From assembly GCF_006345805.1 (NCBI RefSeq), contig NW_021836298.1:3430-67429 (forward strand): DNA of 64,000 bases, in the 5' to 3' direction. This document shows positions 22,744 through 34,865 of this stretch, in pieces (within the stretch, counting starts at the first letter, position 1; every line of letters starts with the position of its first letter). Both the position numbers and the translations under genes were made by a program. The notes under the pieces were generated by a model. The model saw only the letters and a program-made list of their open reading frames with translations, ran no database searches and was not told the DNA's origin. The stretch is from Octopus sinensis. Taxonomy: Eukaryota.

Positions 22744-24522
22744 CCACCCCTCTCTCTCGTTTACATGTAATCCTTACATACATGTTGCAATGCGTGGTGC
22801 TAAAACACTTATGTGCAGTTATATATAACCGTATGGGCGTACGTTGTTCGATACGTATGTGCGTGTGTGGTGCTATAAGAAAAATGCACATGCATGCACA
22901 TATGAGCATGTATGGATGTATGTATGTATTGTATATGTATGCGCTTATGCATATATAAAAAAAAGAAAAAAGAAAAAGAGCAGATAGGTTAATATAATGC
23001 ATTTTCGATTTTTAACCGTTGCCCTTGTATACTGTCGTATTTTGTATGTGTGTGTGTGTGCGTATGTATGTTTATGCATATGTGTGCATATGTGTGTGCG
23101 TGTGTGTGTGTGTATGTATGTAATAGGACATATGTATGTAAAAGTGGATAAGTATATATGAGTATATAATTTAAGATTATATGTATATTTATGAGTGTGT
23201 CTATATGATTGTGTGTACTTGCGTATATGTATATGGTTATATGTGCACAGTTGCACCGAAATGTTGTATCCATTCACAGTTAGACGATGATGAGAGGAAC
23301 AAACACACACCCACACACATATATATATATATATATATGTGTGCGTCTATACAAACATATATGTGTGTATATAGACAACCTTCAACAATGTGACGGCGAG
23401 CTAGCAGAAACGTTAGCACGTCTGTCGTTACGTTCCGAGTTCAAATTCCGCCGAGGTCGACTTTGCCTTTCATCCTTTCTGGGTCGATAAATTAAGTACC
23501 AGTTACGCACTGAGGGTCGATGCAATCAACTTAAATCCCTTTGTCTGTCCTTGTTTGTCCCCTCTGTGTTTAGCCCTTGTGGGTAGTAAAGAAATATATA
23601 GACAACCTTTAACAAATTAACAGTGATATACACAACTTGGACGGACACATACCAGTACACGGACATACGTTCACATGCACATACACATGTACACACACAC
23701 ACACACAGACACGTCTGCCCATTCTCCTAGATACTCACATACATATGTAGCACATAAGTACAAACATACATACATACCTGCGTATGGGCATACACACGTA
23801 CATACGCACGTACATGTACGCGCACACATACATAGGTACATGCATACGTGCGCGTGTACATACATACGCACATGCGTACGTACGTGCATACACACATACC
23901 TACATACATACATACATACATACATACACACATACACACATACATACGTATATATATATATATATATATTATATATTTATATAACCTGAAGTAACCGGAT
24001 GTAAGGGGGAAAATAGTTATAGTAAAACAAACGTTTTGTGATATTCAGATAAATGTCTGATAATAGGTTTTAGAGTTTTGTTTTGGGGGTGAGGGTCGTA
24101 AATCACTTCCTAGTTTAGACGGGGAAGGTTGAAGTTTGATATTATTGTGATGAGTGGTCAGTCTACATCTATCCATCACTATAGGTTTATAGCTTTAAGT
24201 TTATAGTGTGTATGTGCGTCCATATACACACATACATACATACATACATACATACATACATACATACATACACACAGGCGTATGTACGTACATACATACA
24301 TACATGGATACATGCATACATGCGTGTATAAATACATACACACATACATACGTACATATATATGACGAACTAACTGTTACTTTCTCAGATGCAGCACGGA
24401 TTTTTGTCAGTGAACAGGTCGCGGATTTTAGCGACGAAAATATTTTGACGAATTAAACTTAAATGTTGAAGTGAATCGAACGGTTTTTGTGTGTTTCTTA
24501 AATGGATCTTTCCTTTTCCTAT

Positions 24523-24557
24523 GTTTCTGACGAAAAGTTCCTCTCGAAACGTTAAAC
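24523..24557 (+). ncRNA. Minimal type I hammerhead with canonical CUGACGA core (stem II slightly decayed)
   Basis: GUUU-CUGACGA-AAAGUUCCUCUC-GAAA-CGU-U-AAAC; in element 24364-24658 ending at (TA)n. Confidence 0.65.
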
Positions 24558-24775
24558 CCTCCTTCTTTCCTTATTTCCTCAGCGTCCAATAATACTATAC
24601 TTGTTCCACGTCCTCGCGTTGTTGTGTTTTCTCTTTGTGTTTTCATGTTTGGATTAACTATATATATATATATATATTTATATAAAGGGAAAGTTTACGA
24701 AAATAAACAAAAGGCAAAGGCAGGTGGTGTACAAGCAAACAAATGTATTAGTATAGCGCTCAGGAATAGAAAAAG

Positions 24776-24813
24776 TCTTTTACGTTTCGAGCCTACGCTC
24801 TTCCACAGAAAGA
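24776..24813 (-). ncRNA. Minimal type I hammerhead, same family, core CUGUGGA
   Basis: UCUUU-CUGUGGA-A-GAGCGUAGGCUC-GAAA-CGU-A-AAAGA on the minus strand, inside a ~200-nt solo tail (24684-24879). Confidence 0.75.
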
Positions 24814-24875
24814 TACACAGAAAAAAACAAGGAGAGAAACAAGGAGAGAAAACATGCGTATAGTAGCTAACGATC

Positions 24876-24947
<72 letters not shown>

Positions 24948-25154
24948 ATATATATATGTATATATATCATATATATATATATATATATATATATGAATTA
25001 GAAAAAAGCCACCTTTTATCAATTGAAAATGAACAATTAAATTACACCAGAATATTACATATAATAGAAATATTAAATATAAAATAACAATAATAAACCG
25101 ATGATTAAGTAAATTGCAAAATAATAATAAATAAAACGTATATATTTGGTAGAA

Positions 25155-25257
25155 TAACGAACGTGTTTCGTGGCTATATTTAAGAAACGATTATAGTAAA
25201 ATAATTAATAGTAGTAGCAAAACCACTTCGATATAAATATAGCCACTCATCAGGTTA
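25155..25257 (-). ncRNA. Type I hammerhead with long stem II (13 bp, 51-nt loop); stem III one base short of a palindrome
   Basis: UAAC-CUGAUGA-GUGGCUAUAUUUA...UAAAUAUAGCCAC-GAAA-CACGUU-C-GUUA. Confidence 0.6.
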
Positions 25258-25714
25258 AAAATAAACTACAATAATTAAATAATTAATTAATAAATATACG
25301 TAAATAATCTTTTAAAATATAGATATATTCTTTAAAATACATATATATATTCTTATCTTTTCGTTTCACTCTGCCTGCAATTATCACAGAGTTTGCATGG
25401 TCGCTGAAGTGAAGGCAAATGGCTTAGAGGTTAGGGTTATTCGGCTTAGATTTGGGGTGATATATGAAAATCGGCTGGGGTGGGAGAGAGAGGATTTGCT
25501 GAGTAACTTTAATTTTTATATGAGTGACAACAGACAACTTTGATATACTTGGCTGTTGTTTCTAGCATCCCGTAGGACTACCAATTGGATAATATTCCTC
25601 CGGATGCTTCTTAAAGTCTCCTTTAATCCTTCATGAAAAGCAATACAAAATATAATCTATTATTTTTAGCATATTACCCGACCACTTGTAGGACAATATA
25701 TTTGATAGACGTTT

Positions 25715-27365
25715 CCTCAGAGAGAATGGAAGAATGAAAAGAGAATTAAAGAAGGAATGAAAGAAAAGAGGAGGGAAGGAATAAAGTAACGTGACTCTGT
25801 AATAATGCATGAAATGAGAGCGGAAGAAAGAAAGAAAGCGAAGTGATTCCGTAATAAACAAAGAGATAAGAGTGGGGGAGAAAGAAAGAGAGAAAGGGAG
25901 AAAGAAAGTAAAAAGAAAGAAGGAAAAATACAAAGAATGAAGGAAAAAAGAAGAAATAAAGAAAGAAAGAAGGAAAATGAAAGAAAGAAGGAGAGAAATA
26001 TAAGAGTAGGGCGAGAGAGAGAGAGAAAAGGAGAAAAGGAAAGGACACGAAACAACGACAAAAAAAGGAAGGATGAAAAAGATAAGAAGCAAAGAAGAAG
26101 GAAAGATAAGAGCGAGGAAAGAAACAAGAATGACGGGTAAGAAGAATGAAATGAAAAACAGAAAGAAAAACAAAGAAGTAAGGAAAATTCGAGAAGAAAA
26201 CAAAGAAAGAATGAGAGAAATGAAGGAAGAAAGAAAGAAAAACAGAAAGGAAAGAATGAAAGAAAGAAAGAAGAAAAAGAGGCAAAGAAAGAAAGAAGAA
26301 AGAAAGAATGAATGAAAGAAGGAGAGAAGAATGAAAGGAAAAGGAAAGAAAGAAAGAAAGAAGAAACAAAGAAACAAAGAAGAGAAAGAAAGAAAGAGAA
26401 AGGAAAGAAAGAAAGAAAGAAAGAGAAAAGAAAGAAAGTAAAAAGAAAGAAGGAAATAAATAAAAAAGAAAGGAAAAGGAAAGAAAGAAAGAAAGAAAGA
26501 AAGAAAAAGAAAGAAAGAAAGAAGGAAAAAAACAGAAAGAAAGTAAAGGGAAACAAAAGAAAGAAAGAATGAGAGAGAGATAGAGAGGAAGGCGACATAA
26601 TTCTGTAAAAATGATGAGAAGAAAGAGGGAGAGGGAGGGAGAGAAGGGGAGGAAGGAGGAGGGATTAGAGAAATAAATGTTAAGAAGAGAGGAGGAGTAT
26701 GAGATGAGAGAGAAAGAGTAAAAAGGCGGAGCATTAATATATAATAAGGTAATAGAGAGAGGGAGAGAGGGAGAAAGAGAGAGACAGACAAACAGAGACA
26801 CGGAGACAGAGAGAGAGACATAAGAAGCGAGAGGGAGAAAGAGAGAGACTGAAATAGAGAAATCGAGAGAGCAAAGAGAGAGAAAGACAGACAGAGAGAA
26901 AGAGAGGGAGAGGGAAAGGGAGGAGAAAGGGAGGGAAAGAATGAGGTGAAGAGAATGAGAGAATATTATATAAGGAGGTGGAGGGAGAGAGAGAATGATA
27001 TATAGGTTTAGAAAGAGAGGGAGAGTGTGACGTGGGGCGGAGCGCAAAAGAGGTAGAGGGAGAGTACGGGATATGAGGTGGTAAAGAGGGAGGGAGAGAG
27101 AGACAAAAAGTGAGGGAGGGGGAGGAAATAGAGATGATGTATGAGATATATGCTTTGTGAGGGAGGGAGAGTAAGAGTTGAGAGAAAACGAGGGATGGGG
27201 GAGGCGGGGTTAAACAATAACATAAATAAGTGAAAGAGGGGAGGGAGAGGAGTAGCGAAGGAGAGGGAATGATGTGTGTGATAAGAGAGGGAGTCTATCA
27301 TGTATTAGAGAAAGGAAGAGGGGAAGGATGAGGTATTAATACAGAATGAGGAAGGAGAGAGAAGA
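25715..27365 (+). repeat. ~1.65-kb purine-rich (GAAA/GA/GGA) low-complexity tract
   Basis: Strongly A/G-biased plus strand; generates spurious Phe/Leu/Ser ORFs on the minus strand. Confidence 0.95.
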
Positions 27366-27523
27366 GTTTCGAAGTGTCCTTCATTTTCATATGAAACACA
27401 AAACCAAACTTTAACATACTTGGCTGTTATTTCTAGCATCACATTTGATCCCCAACTGGACTATATTTCCTTAGAAGCTCCTTAAAGTGACCTTCATAAA
27501 AATGATGTAAAGTATAGCGTAAT

Positions 27524-28097
27524 GGGCTGTTATTTCTAGCAAGATAACAGACCATCAATACGTTTTATAGACGCTTCTTCACTTGGTTTCTCATTCGAAG
27601 AAGAAGTCTGACCAGATCCGGGAAAAAGTTTTATAAATGCTTCTTAAATTGTCTTTCAATTTTGTATGAAAAACAAAGCAACTTTGAATGTAGTGGGCTG
27701 TTATTTCTAGCAAGACGCCAGACCACCAATACGTTTTATAGACGCTTCTTCACTTGGTTTCTCATTCGAGGAAGAAGTCTGACCAGATCCGGGAAAAAGT
27801 TTTATAAATGCTTCTTAAATTGTCTTTCAATTTTGTATGAAAAACAAAGCAACTTTGAGTGTAGTGGGCTGTTATTTCTAGCAAGATAACAGACCACCAA
27901 TACGTTTTATAGACGCTTCTTCACTTGGTTTCTCCTTCGAGGAAGAAGTCTGACCAGATCCGGGAAAAAGTTTTATAAATGCTTCTTAAATTGTCTTTCA
28001 ATTTCGTATGAAAAACAAAGCAACTTTGAGTGTAGTGGGCTGTTATTTCTAGCAAGATACCAGACCACCAATACGTTTTATAGACGCTTCTTCACTC
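27524..28097. repeat. 171-bp tandem repeat, about 3.4 near-identical copies
   Basis: GGGCTGTTATTTCTAGCAAGA starts at 27524, 27695, 27866, 28037. Confidence 0.95.
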
Positions 28098-29260
28098 AGA
28101 GAAAGAATGAGAGTGAGAGAGAGAGAGAGAGACAGAATGCGTGAGAGAGAGAGAGAGAGGGAAAGAAAGGAAGAAAGAGTGAGAGAGAGAAAGCCTAGGG
28201 AAGGGGAGGGATATATTAATGTATGAGAAAGCAGAGAAAGAATGAGAGTGGGAGAGAGAGAGAGACAGAATGCGTGAGAGAGAGAGAGAGGGAGAAAGAA
28301 AGGAAGAAAGAGTGAGAGAGAGAGAGAGAGAATGCGTGAGAGAGAGAGAGAGTGAGAAAGAAAGGAAGAAAGATTGAGAGAGAGAAAGCCTAGGGAAGGG
28401 GAGGGATATATTAATGTATGAGGAAGCAGAGAAAGAATGAGAGTGGGAGAGAGAGAGAGAGAGAGAGACAGAATGCGTGAGAGAGAGAGAGAGAGATAGA
28501 AAGGAAGAAAGAGTGAGAGAGAGAAAGCCTAGGGAAGGGTAGGGATATATTAATGTATGAGGAAGCAGAGAAAGAATGAGAGTGGGAGAGAGAGAGAGAG
28601 AGAGACAGAATGAGTGAGAGAGAGAGAGAGAGATAGAAAGGAAGAAAGAGTGAGAGAGAGAAAGCCTAGGGAAGGGGAGGGATATATTAATGTATGAGGA
28701 AGCAGAGAAAGAATGAGAGTGGGAGAGAGAGAGAGAGACAGAATGCGTGAGAGAGAGAGGGGAAGAGAGAAAGAAAGGAAAAAGAGAGATAGAGAAATCT
28801 AGGGGAGGGGGAGGGATACAATAATGTGTGGGGTGCTGAGAGGGAAAGAAAAAGGAGAGAAAAACCTAAGGGAGGGGAGGGATATATTAATATATGAGGA
28901 AGCAGAGAAAGAATGAGAGTTGGAGAGAGAGAGAGAGAGAGAGAGAAAGAAAGGAAGAAAGAGTGAGAGAGCGAAAGCCTAGGGAAGGGGAGGGGTATAT
29001 TAATGTATGAGGAAGGAGAGAAAGAATGAGAGTGGGAGAGAGAGAGAGAGAAAGCCTAGGGAAGGGGAGGGGTATATTAATGTATGAGGAAGGAGAGAAA
29101 GAATGAGAGTGGGAGAGAGAGAGAGACAGAATGCGTGAGAGAGAGAGAGAGAAAGAAAGGAAAGAGAGAAACCCTAGGGAAGGGGAGGGGTATATTAATG
29201 TATGAGGTAGCAGAGAGAGTGTGAGAGTGAGTGCGTGAGAGAGAGAGAGATAGAGAGAGG
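28098..29260 (+). repeat. GA-rich minisatellite, ~60-140-bp variable units with CCTAGGGAAGGGGAGGG(A/G)TATATTAATGTATGAGG
   Basis: The motif recurs about nine times between (GA)n runs. Confidence 0.9.
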
Positions 29261-29784
29261 GGGAACTGATATATATACGTTTAGGAAGTGAGGGAGAGGA
29301 TGAGGTGAACGATATAGTAAGGCAGGCGGGGTGGTTAAACATGAATATATAATGAGGTGCAGAGAGAAAGGAGAGAAAGAGGGAGAAGTGGGAGGATATG
29401 TTTTGAGGGAGGGAGAAAGAAAATGCTATTTGTGTTTAATAAGAAAGAGAGAAGGGGAGGGGGGAAGCATTGGGTAATTTATGATGAGGTGAGAGGCGGA
29501 GGAGAAGAGAAAGAGAGAGAGAGAGACATAGAAAGAGGGAGAGAGCGCGAGAGAATAATAAATATATTTACCAATAGAGGAAGAGTATGAGTTAATAAAG
29601 GAAGCAAAAATGGGCGGAGTCACGTATACGATGTAGTGGGAGGAGTCAACGTTGAATCGGTAAGAATAATAACTCTTATTAGATCCCTTTTACTTTAAAT
29701 TCTATTGTTTTCTTTTATGCGAAATAAAATCTGTTTTTCTGCGCAGTTTGTGAAGATTTCCAAATATGATTTCATGCAAATAAT

Positions 29785-30280
29785 AGATCGAAGTGTTAGA
29801 CATACAGCATCTCGAAAGAGTCCAGAAGCTGGCTACCCGCATGGTTCATGGTCTCAAAAATTTGTCCTACGAAGAAAGGCTGAGGACGCTCGACCTTTAT
29901 TCTCTTGAAAAACGCCGCCGCCGTGGTGATCTCATTCTCGCCCACAACATCATAAGCGGAAAGTGTAACCTCTCGAAAGAGCTGTTCTTCACTCCTGCTC
30001 CAGAGCGTCGGCTGCGGGGTCATTCCGAAAAGCTCTACCTGCGACGATTTCATCTCAATCGAAGGAGAGGAGCTTTCTCCGTCCGGATTGCGGATCCGTG
30101 GAACAAGCCGCCAGACGAGATGGTGAAGATGCCGACGACCGATTTGTTCAAAGCCTCCCTGGACCTCAAGTGGCCTGAACTCTTTACATGAACACCACCC
30201 TGTACTTAACTCCATGTCCCCCTACATGGCCTTGCTATTTGCTTTCGAGCCAAATTAACTAACTAACTAACTAACTAATA
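29785..30280 (+). mobile_element. CR1-type LINE 3' end with (TAAC)n tail
   Basis: LERVQKLATRMV..L.YEERL..L.LYSLE.RR.RGDLI..LRGHS.KL..F..R...WN motifs. Confidence 0.88.
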
Positions 30281-30949
30281 TATTATCAATAAATATCGAA
30301 CACTTCTCCTCATCACTAATTCGTTTTTCGTTTGACATCTAAAAATTTCGCTTTTTTAATATTACGATTCTTACCCCTTAGCTTCGCTCCTCCCTGCAAT
30401 CGTCACACAGCCTCGATTGTGGTTGCACATGCTAGAAGCAACAGCCAAACCTCACATGATAAAATATGAAACGTTTTTATCATTTGTTTTCTTAATTTCT
30501 TGAAAATTAAATTTCTTTTTTCGATTGGCGTTTGGTCAGAAAGCTCGAAAGATAAGCCAGTGCCTGAGCAATACAAAGAGGGGAGAGCAAGAATATGCAA
30601 GGCTAGTACAGTTTAGTGCAGCCGTGCACCGGTTGTCGTCCTATTTTAAGCTGCAAAAATGTGAGAGTCAAATACGAGAGGAAAGGGATCAGACCGGAAG
30701 GGATGTGAATGGAACAGGAAAGAAGTGAATGCAATGGAATAGAAGAAAAGTGAACTAAATCCTAAAATTTGCGAATATATTTAGGTAATAGGGAAAAAAA
30801 GTATGTTTAATTTAAAATGTAATTTCCATTTTTAAAAGAAAGAACATTCTCGAATACATGTTTCTTATAGTTGAACGTCCGCGTGTATTTATGGAGAGAA
30901 GAGGTCGGTTTGTTCCTGCTGTGGGCGAGAGTTTGTTTATTTTAATTTG

Positions 30950-32650
30950 GCTGACATCCATCTCGATAATGTGTTGCTTTCAGTAGCCTAGGGTCGAAAG
31001 CACGAATCCCGATAAAACCGCTGACAAAATAAAATAAAATCGATTTTCTGTCCCAACTGAAATGTGCATGTCAGGTGATCGTCCTGTTTTCTGGAAGAAT
31101 TATGTTGCTGAAGAAAATATGCACCAGAACAATGAAGAAATCGTCTCTAAACGGAAAGTGAAGATTTTTCTTATAAATATCCAAAGGAAGCTTGAAGTTG
31201 ACAGCTTCGATATCTACAGCCACAATGGTCTTCCTTGACCAGATACAAGAATTGTTGAAGTAGCTAATATTCCAATTGGGCTTAGAGAAGAAACCATTTT
31301 TAAGGCGAAAAAATGTATTAATAAACTTCTGCCAACTTTAGACATTGAACAACGACTAGATTTCGATAAAGCTATCAGGTCCATAAATAGTAAAAGAAGG
31401 AAGAATTCTGTTCTTAAATGCAAATGGTGGCACAGGGAAAACCTATGTGATCAACATCATACTTGATAGTTGCTACTGCCACGTCTGCTATTGCAACCAC
31501 TTTGCTTCTGAAAGGGAGAGTTCTTCATTCTATGTCCAGGATTTCTCTCAGTGAGACTACAAAATCAACATTAAGACTCACAAAGAGAGACGCCACAAGA
31601 GAATTTGTGCCTCAATCTGGTCTCTTAGTTATCGATGGGACCAGGATGGGGCCTAAGCATCTCTGTGAGTGCCTTGAAAGGAGATTGCATGATGTGTGAG
31701 ACTGTAACAAACCTGTTTGTGAATTTACTATATTACTGTCTGGTGATAGAAAACAAATTCTTGCAGTTATGTCATCTTGGAAGATTATAATTTGTTGATG
31801 CAGATCTTTTCTTGAGGATTGAGTAGAAATAGTGAAGATAGGAACCAATCTAAGACTTCTTACAAAAGGTCATTCTGATGAAAAAGAGTCTGTTAATCAC
31901 CATTTTGATGCTGGAAATGGTGATATTTCTGTCGAACAAAGTCTAGGTGCATCCAAAATCAACCTGCTTTACAACTTTGGCCTGTCAAGTTTATGTGATG
32001 TTGTCTTGCAAATAATTTCACAGACCCCATGTGGCTTGCAAACAGACCCAATATTACTCCAACAAATGAAATATCACAATTTGTAAATGAATTCATGTTG
32101 ACCAGGATCCCTGGTGAGGTAAAGATATGCAGAAGCTCAGATACAGTTGATAATGAAGCTCTGTACCTAATCAAATTCATCAACACACTCCTACCATCAG
32201 GGTTTCCATGGACATATCCTCACACTAAAGACAAGAGGCTGCATTAGGTTTTTGAAGAATTTAGATGCTAAACAAGACCATTGCAATGACACAGGCTACG
32301 TTATTATCTGCTTCCAAGATCTTATTATTGCTGCCGGGGTTGCTTGTGGTTCTTTTGCAGGATGAATGTTGGTATTCTCAGGGATCCCAAATGGGTCTCA
32401 AGGAATGGAGTTCCCATTCATAGTTACCATACAAACAATTTCCTGTGGAACCATTCTTTGCTTTGACATGCAACAAAGCACAGGGACAGACATTTAAACA
32501 AATTGGAATATATCTTCCAACACAACTCTTCTCCCGTGGTCAGCTATAAGTGTCACTTTCTAGAGTTTGGATGAAGCCTCATGGCAAATTATTGGCAGAG
32601 AGAAATAGAAACCGTATTTACTAACAATCGAGTCGACAAGGAGGTTCTAT
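30950..32650 (+). mobile_element. Decayed autonomous Helitron, PIF1-like helicase region
   Basis: ATSAIATTLLLKGRVLHS (SGIAATLL.GGRT.HS), L.RRLHDV, SGDRKQIL, NLD....CNDT and QST/SA..SHGQLYV-like remnants. Confidence 0.75.
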
Positions 32651-34027
32651 TTGACAGGAAAATATGCATTTTAAGTAAGTTTCATAATATTGAATTTCAT
32701 TCTTCATTTTTTTTTCTTGAAACTTCCACAGAGTTTTTAAACTGTTTATGTAACAATGGAAGTGTTTAGAGAGAGGTCGGGGCTTACAACAACAACATCA
32801 ACAACAAATGAAATTTCAAAGTTATCTTTATTTCCAAAGTAAATCTCCAGCAAAAAGGGAGCCAAACCAAGATCTGCTATAATTAGTACCCGAATCCTAC
32901 TCCATTCAAATTTTATCATCTTAAAGACAAGGTGGTTCTGGGTTCTCTATACTTGGGAAAAAACATGGCGGTGGTGTTGAGTGTCTGGTTCGAAATAGAT
33001 CTAAATAACTTTAATATTTCTCTAAACGTAGCGAACGTTACAACTTTCAAAGTTATACATAATTCTCGCAACTGGAAATAAATTGGAGACGGTTTCATTC
33101 TAAGCATGGAAAGACTTTGTAGGCAAGGTGTGGCTGTGCAGTAAAAAAATTTCGTTCGCAACCAAGTGGTTTCTAGTTCAATCCCAGTGCATGGTACATT
33201 AGGCAAGTGTTTTTCAGTGTTTAGTACTATACCCTTGGATGGACCAATTCTGGAAAGAATGGAAGCCCGTTGTGTAGTTGTGTGTGTGATTGTGTTCGTG
33301 TTTGACGTTGTCTCGCATCACCGTGTGAAGACCGGTGTTGGTTTGTTTACTCCGTCGCAACTCGTCGCTTCCGTAAAAGGAACTGATAGACTTATAAGCG
33401 TTGATCTGATTAAGGAAACTATTTAAGCCGGTGCCCCAGCATGACCGAGCCAAATGAATGCAATTTGTAAAAGAATATACGAACACAATTTTGTTTTCGT
33501 AAATATTTCGAAAATTGTAAATATTTTAAAGAAACATCGAAATTAGTTTCAAATCTGCTTTTTTCCTTCTCATTAATCTCATCTTTTGTATTTTTAATTA
33601 TTTCCTTTCTTTTCTTCTTTATGTAAGAATATTCTGTTTGATAAAAATCCTCATTAATCCTCACATTACATTGAATGGCCATTTTCTTCATTAAGCCTTT
33701 GTAGCTTATTTGCAGGTTTATCTTTGGAGTTTTCTGACCAAATGCCAATCAGAAAATAGAAAAATTATAAACAACTTTTACACTTTATCATTTCTTATAT
33801 GAGATTTGGCTGTGATTTCTAGCTGGTCTCTCGACTATAGAGGTTGTGTGACGATTGCGGGTTCTAGATTTTGAAGTTCTAGTTTAGGAAGCAGAAGTGT
33901 AAAAATGTGAAATTGTTAGATGTCAAACGCAAAACAAACCAGTGATGTGGAAGATGTTGGAGTTGAAACTAAAAAGGGTTCTAATAAGAGTTATTATCCT
34001 TACTTTCTTTCTCTCCTTCCATCTCTC

Positions 34028-34409
34028 TCTATATAAACGGCAGTTTGTCTGTCTGTGTGTCTGTGTGTCTGTGTGTCTGTCAGGTTGTACCCTCACCCTG
34101 ACCACGGCTTTCAACCGATTCTGATGAAACTTGACACACACATAGCCCAATGTCATAATTCAAAACTAACGCAGCGAAAATTTTGAAAAGTTCCCCCAGT
34201 TCTGAAAAACATCGATAAATTCGACATGGGGTCGAGAATCAGAAACACAAACCACAGACTGTCTAGGGGACGCAACTCGACCGTTTTTACTAAAAAAAAT
34301 TTACCATCGTTTTTTTCCATTCTTTTGCTATTTTTTGGCTATAACTCTCTAAAAATACTTTATAGTTATTTCCCTTACAAACCCGAGCAACGCCGGGTGA
34401 TACTGCTAG
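34028..34409 (+). mobile_element. Non-autonomous Helitron (partial relative at about 60256-60585)
   Basis: TCTATATA start, (GTCT)n, CCCGagcaacgcCGGG hairpin, CTAG end. Confidence 0.8.
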
Positions 34410-34827
34410 TCTTGCTATATAATTCAGTATTACTCTCGCACCCAGCTTTCATTATTACCTCATACCCTTCCTCTATTAGTAAATATATTTATCGTTCGGC
34501 TTCTCTTTCTCTTCTGCGCACTCTCCCCCTCTAACTATCCCAGTCTCTCCTTCTATCTCTCCCCCTCTCTCTCTCTCTCCCTACAATACATGTTACAGTA
34601 GCCTTCCCCTCTCCTACTTTCTCTTTTAACTCCTCCTCTGCCTACGTTTCCATACACATATCATTTACTATCGATTTCTCTCTCTCTCTCTCTCTCTTTC
34701 ACTCTCTTTCTCTCTCGCTTTCTCTCTCGCTTTCTCTCTCTCTCTCTCTTTCTCTCTCGCTTTCTCTCTCTCTCTCTCTCTCGTTCTCTCGTTCTCTCTC
34801 TCACTTTCTCTCTCACTTTCTCTTTCA

Positions 34828-34865
<38 letters not shown>

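Noticed and set aside
25631-27047. 293-433-aa Phe/Leu/Ser ORFs resembling membrane proteins
   Set aside because: They are the antisense reading of a purine-rich low-complexity tract, with no domain, splice or promoter context.
27524-28097. Regularly spaced repeats that might suggest a CRISPR array
   Set aside because: The units are contiguous near-identical 171-mers with no unique spacers and no cas genes, in a eukaryotic context.
29608-29670. Two GC-box-like motifs followed by a GTAAG donor-like site
   Set aside because: No downstream exon or transcript evidence; short motifs alone are insufficient.
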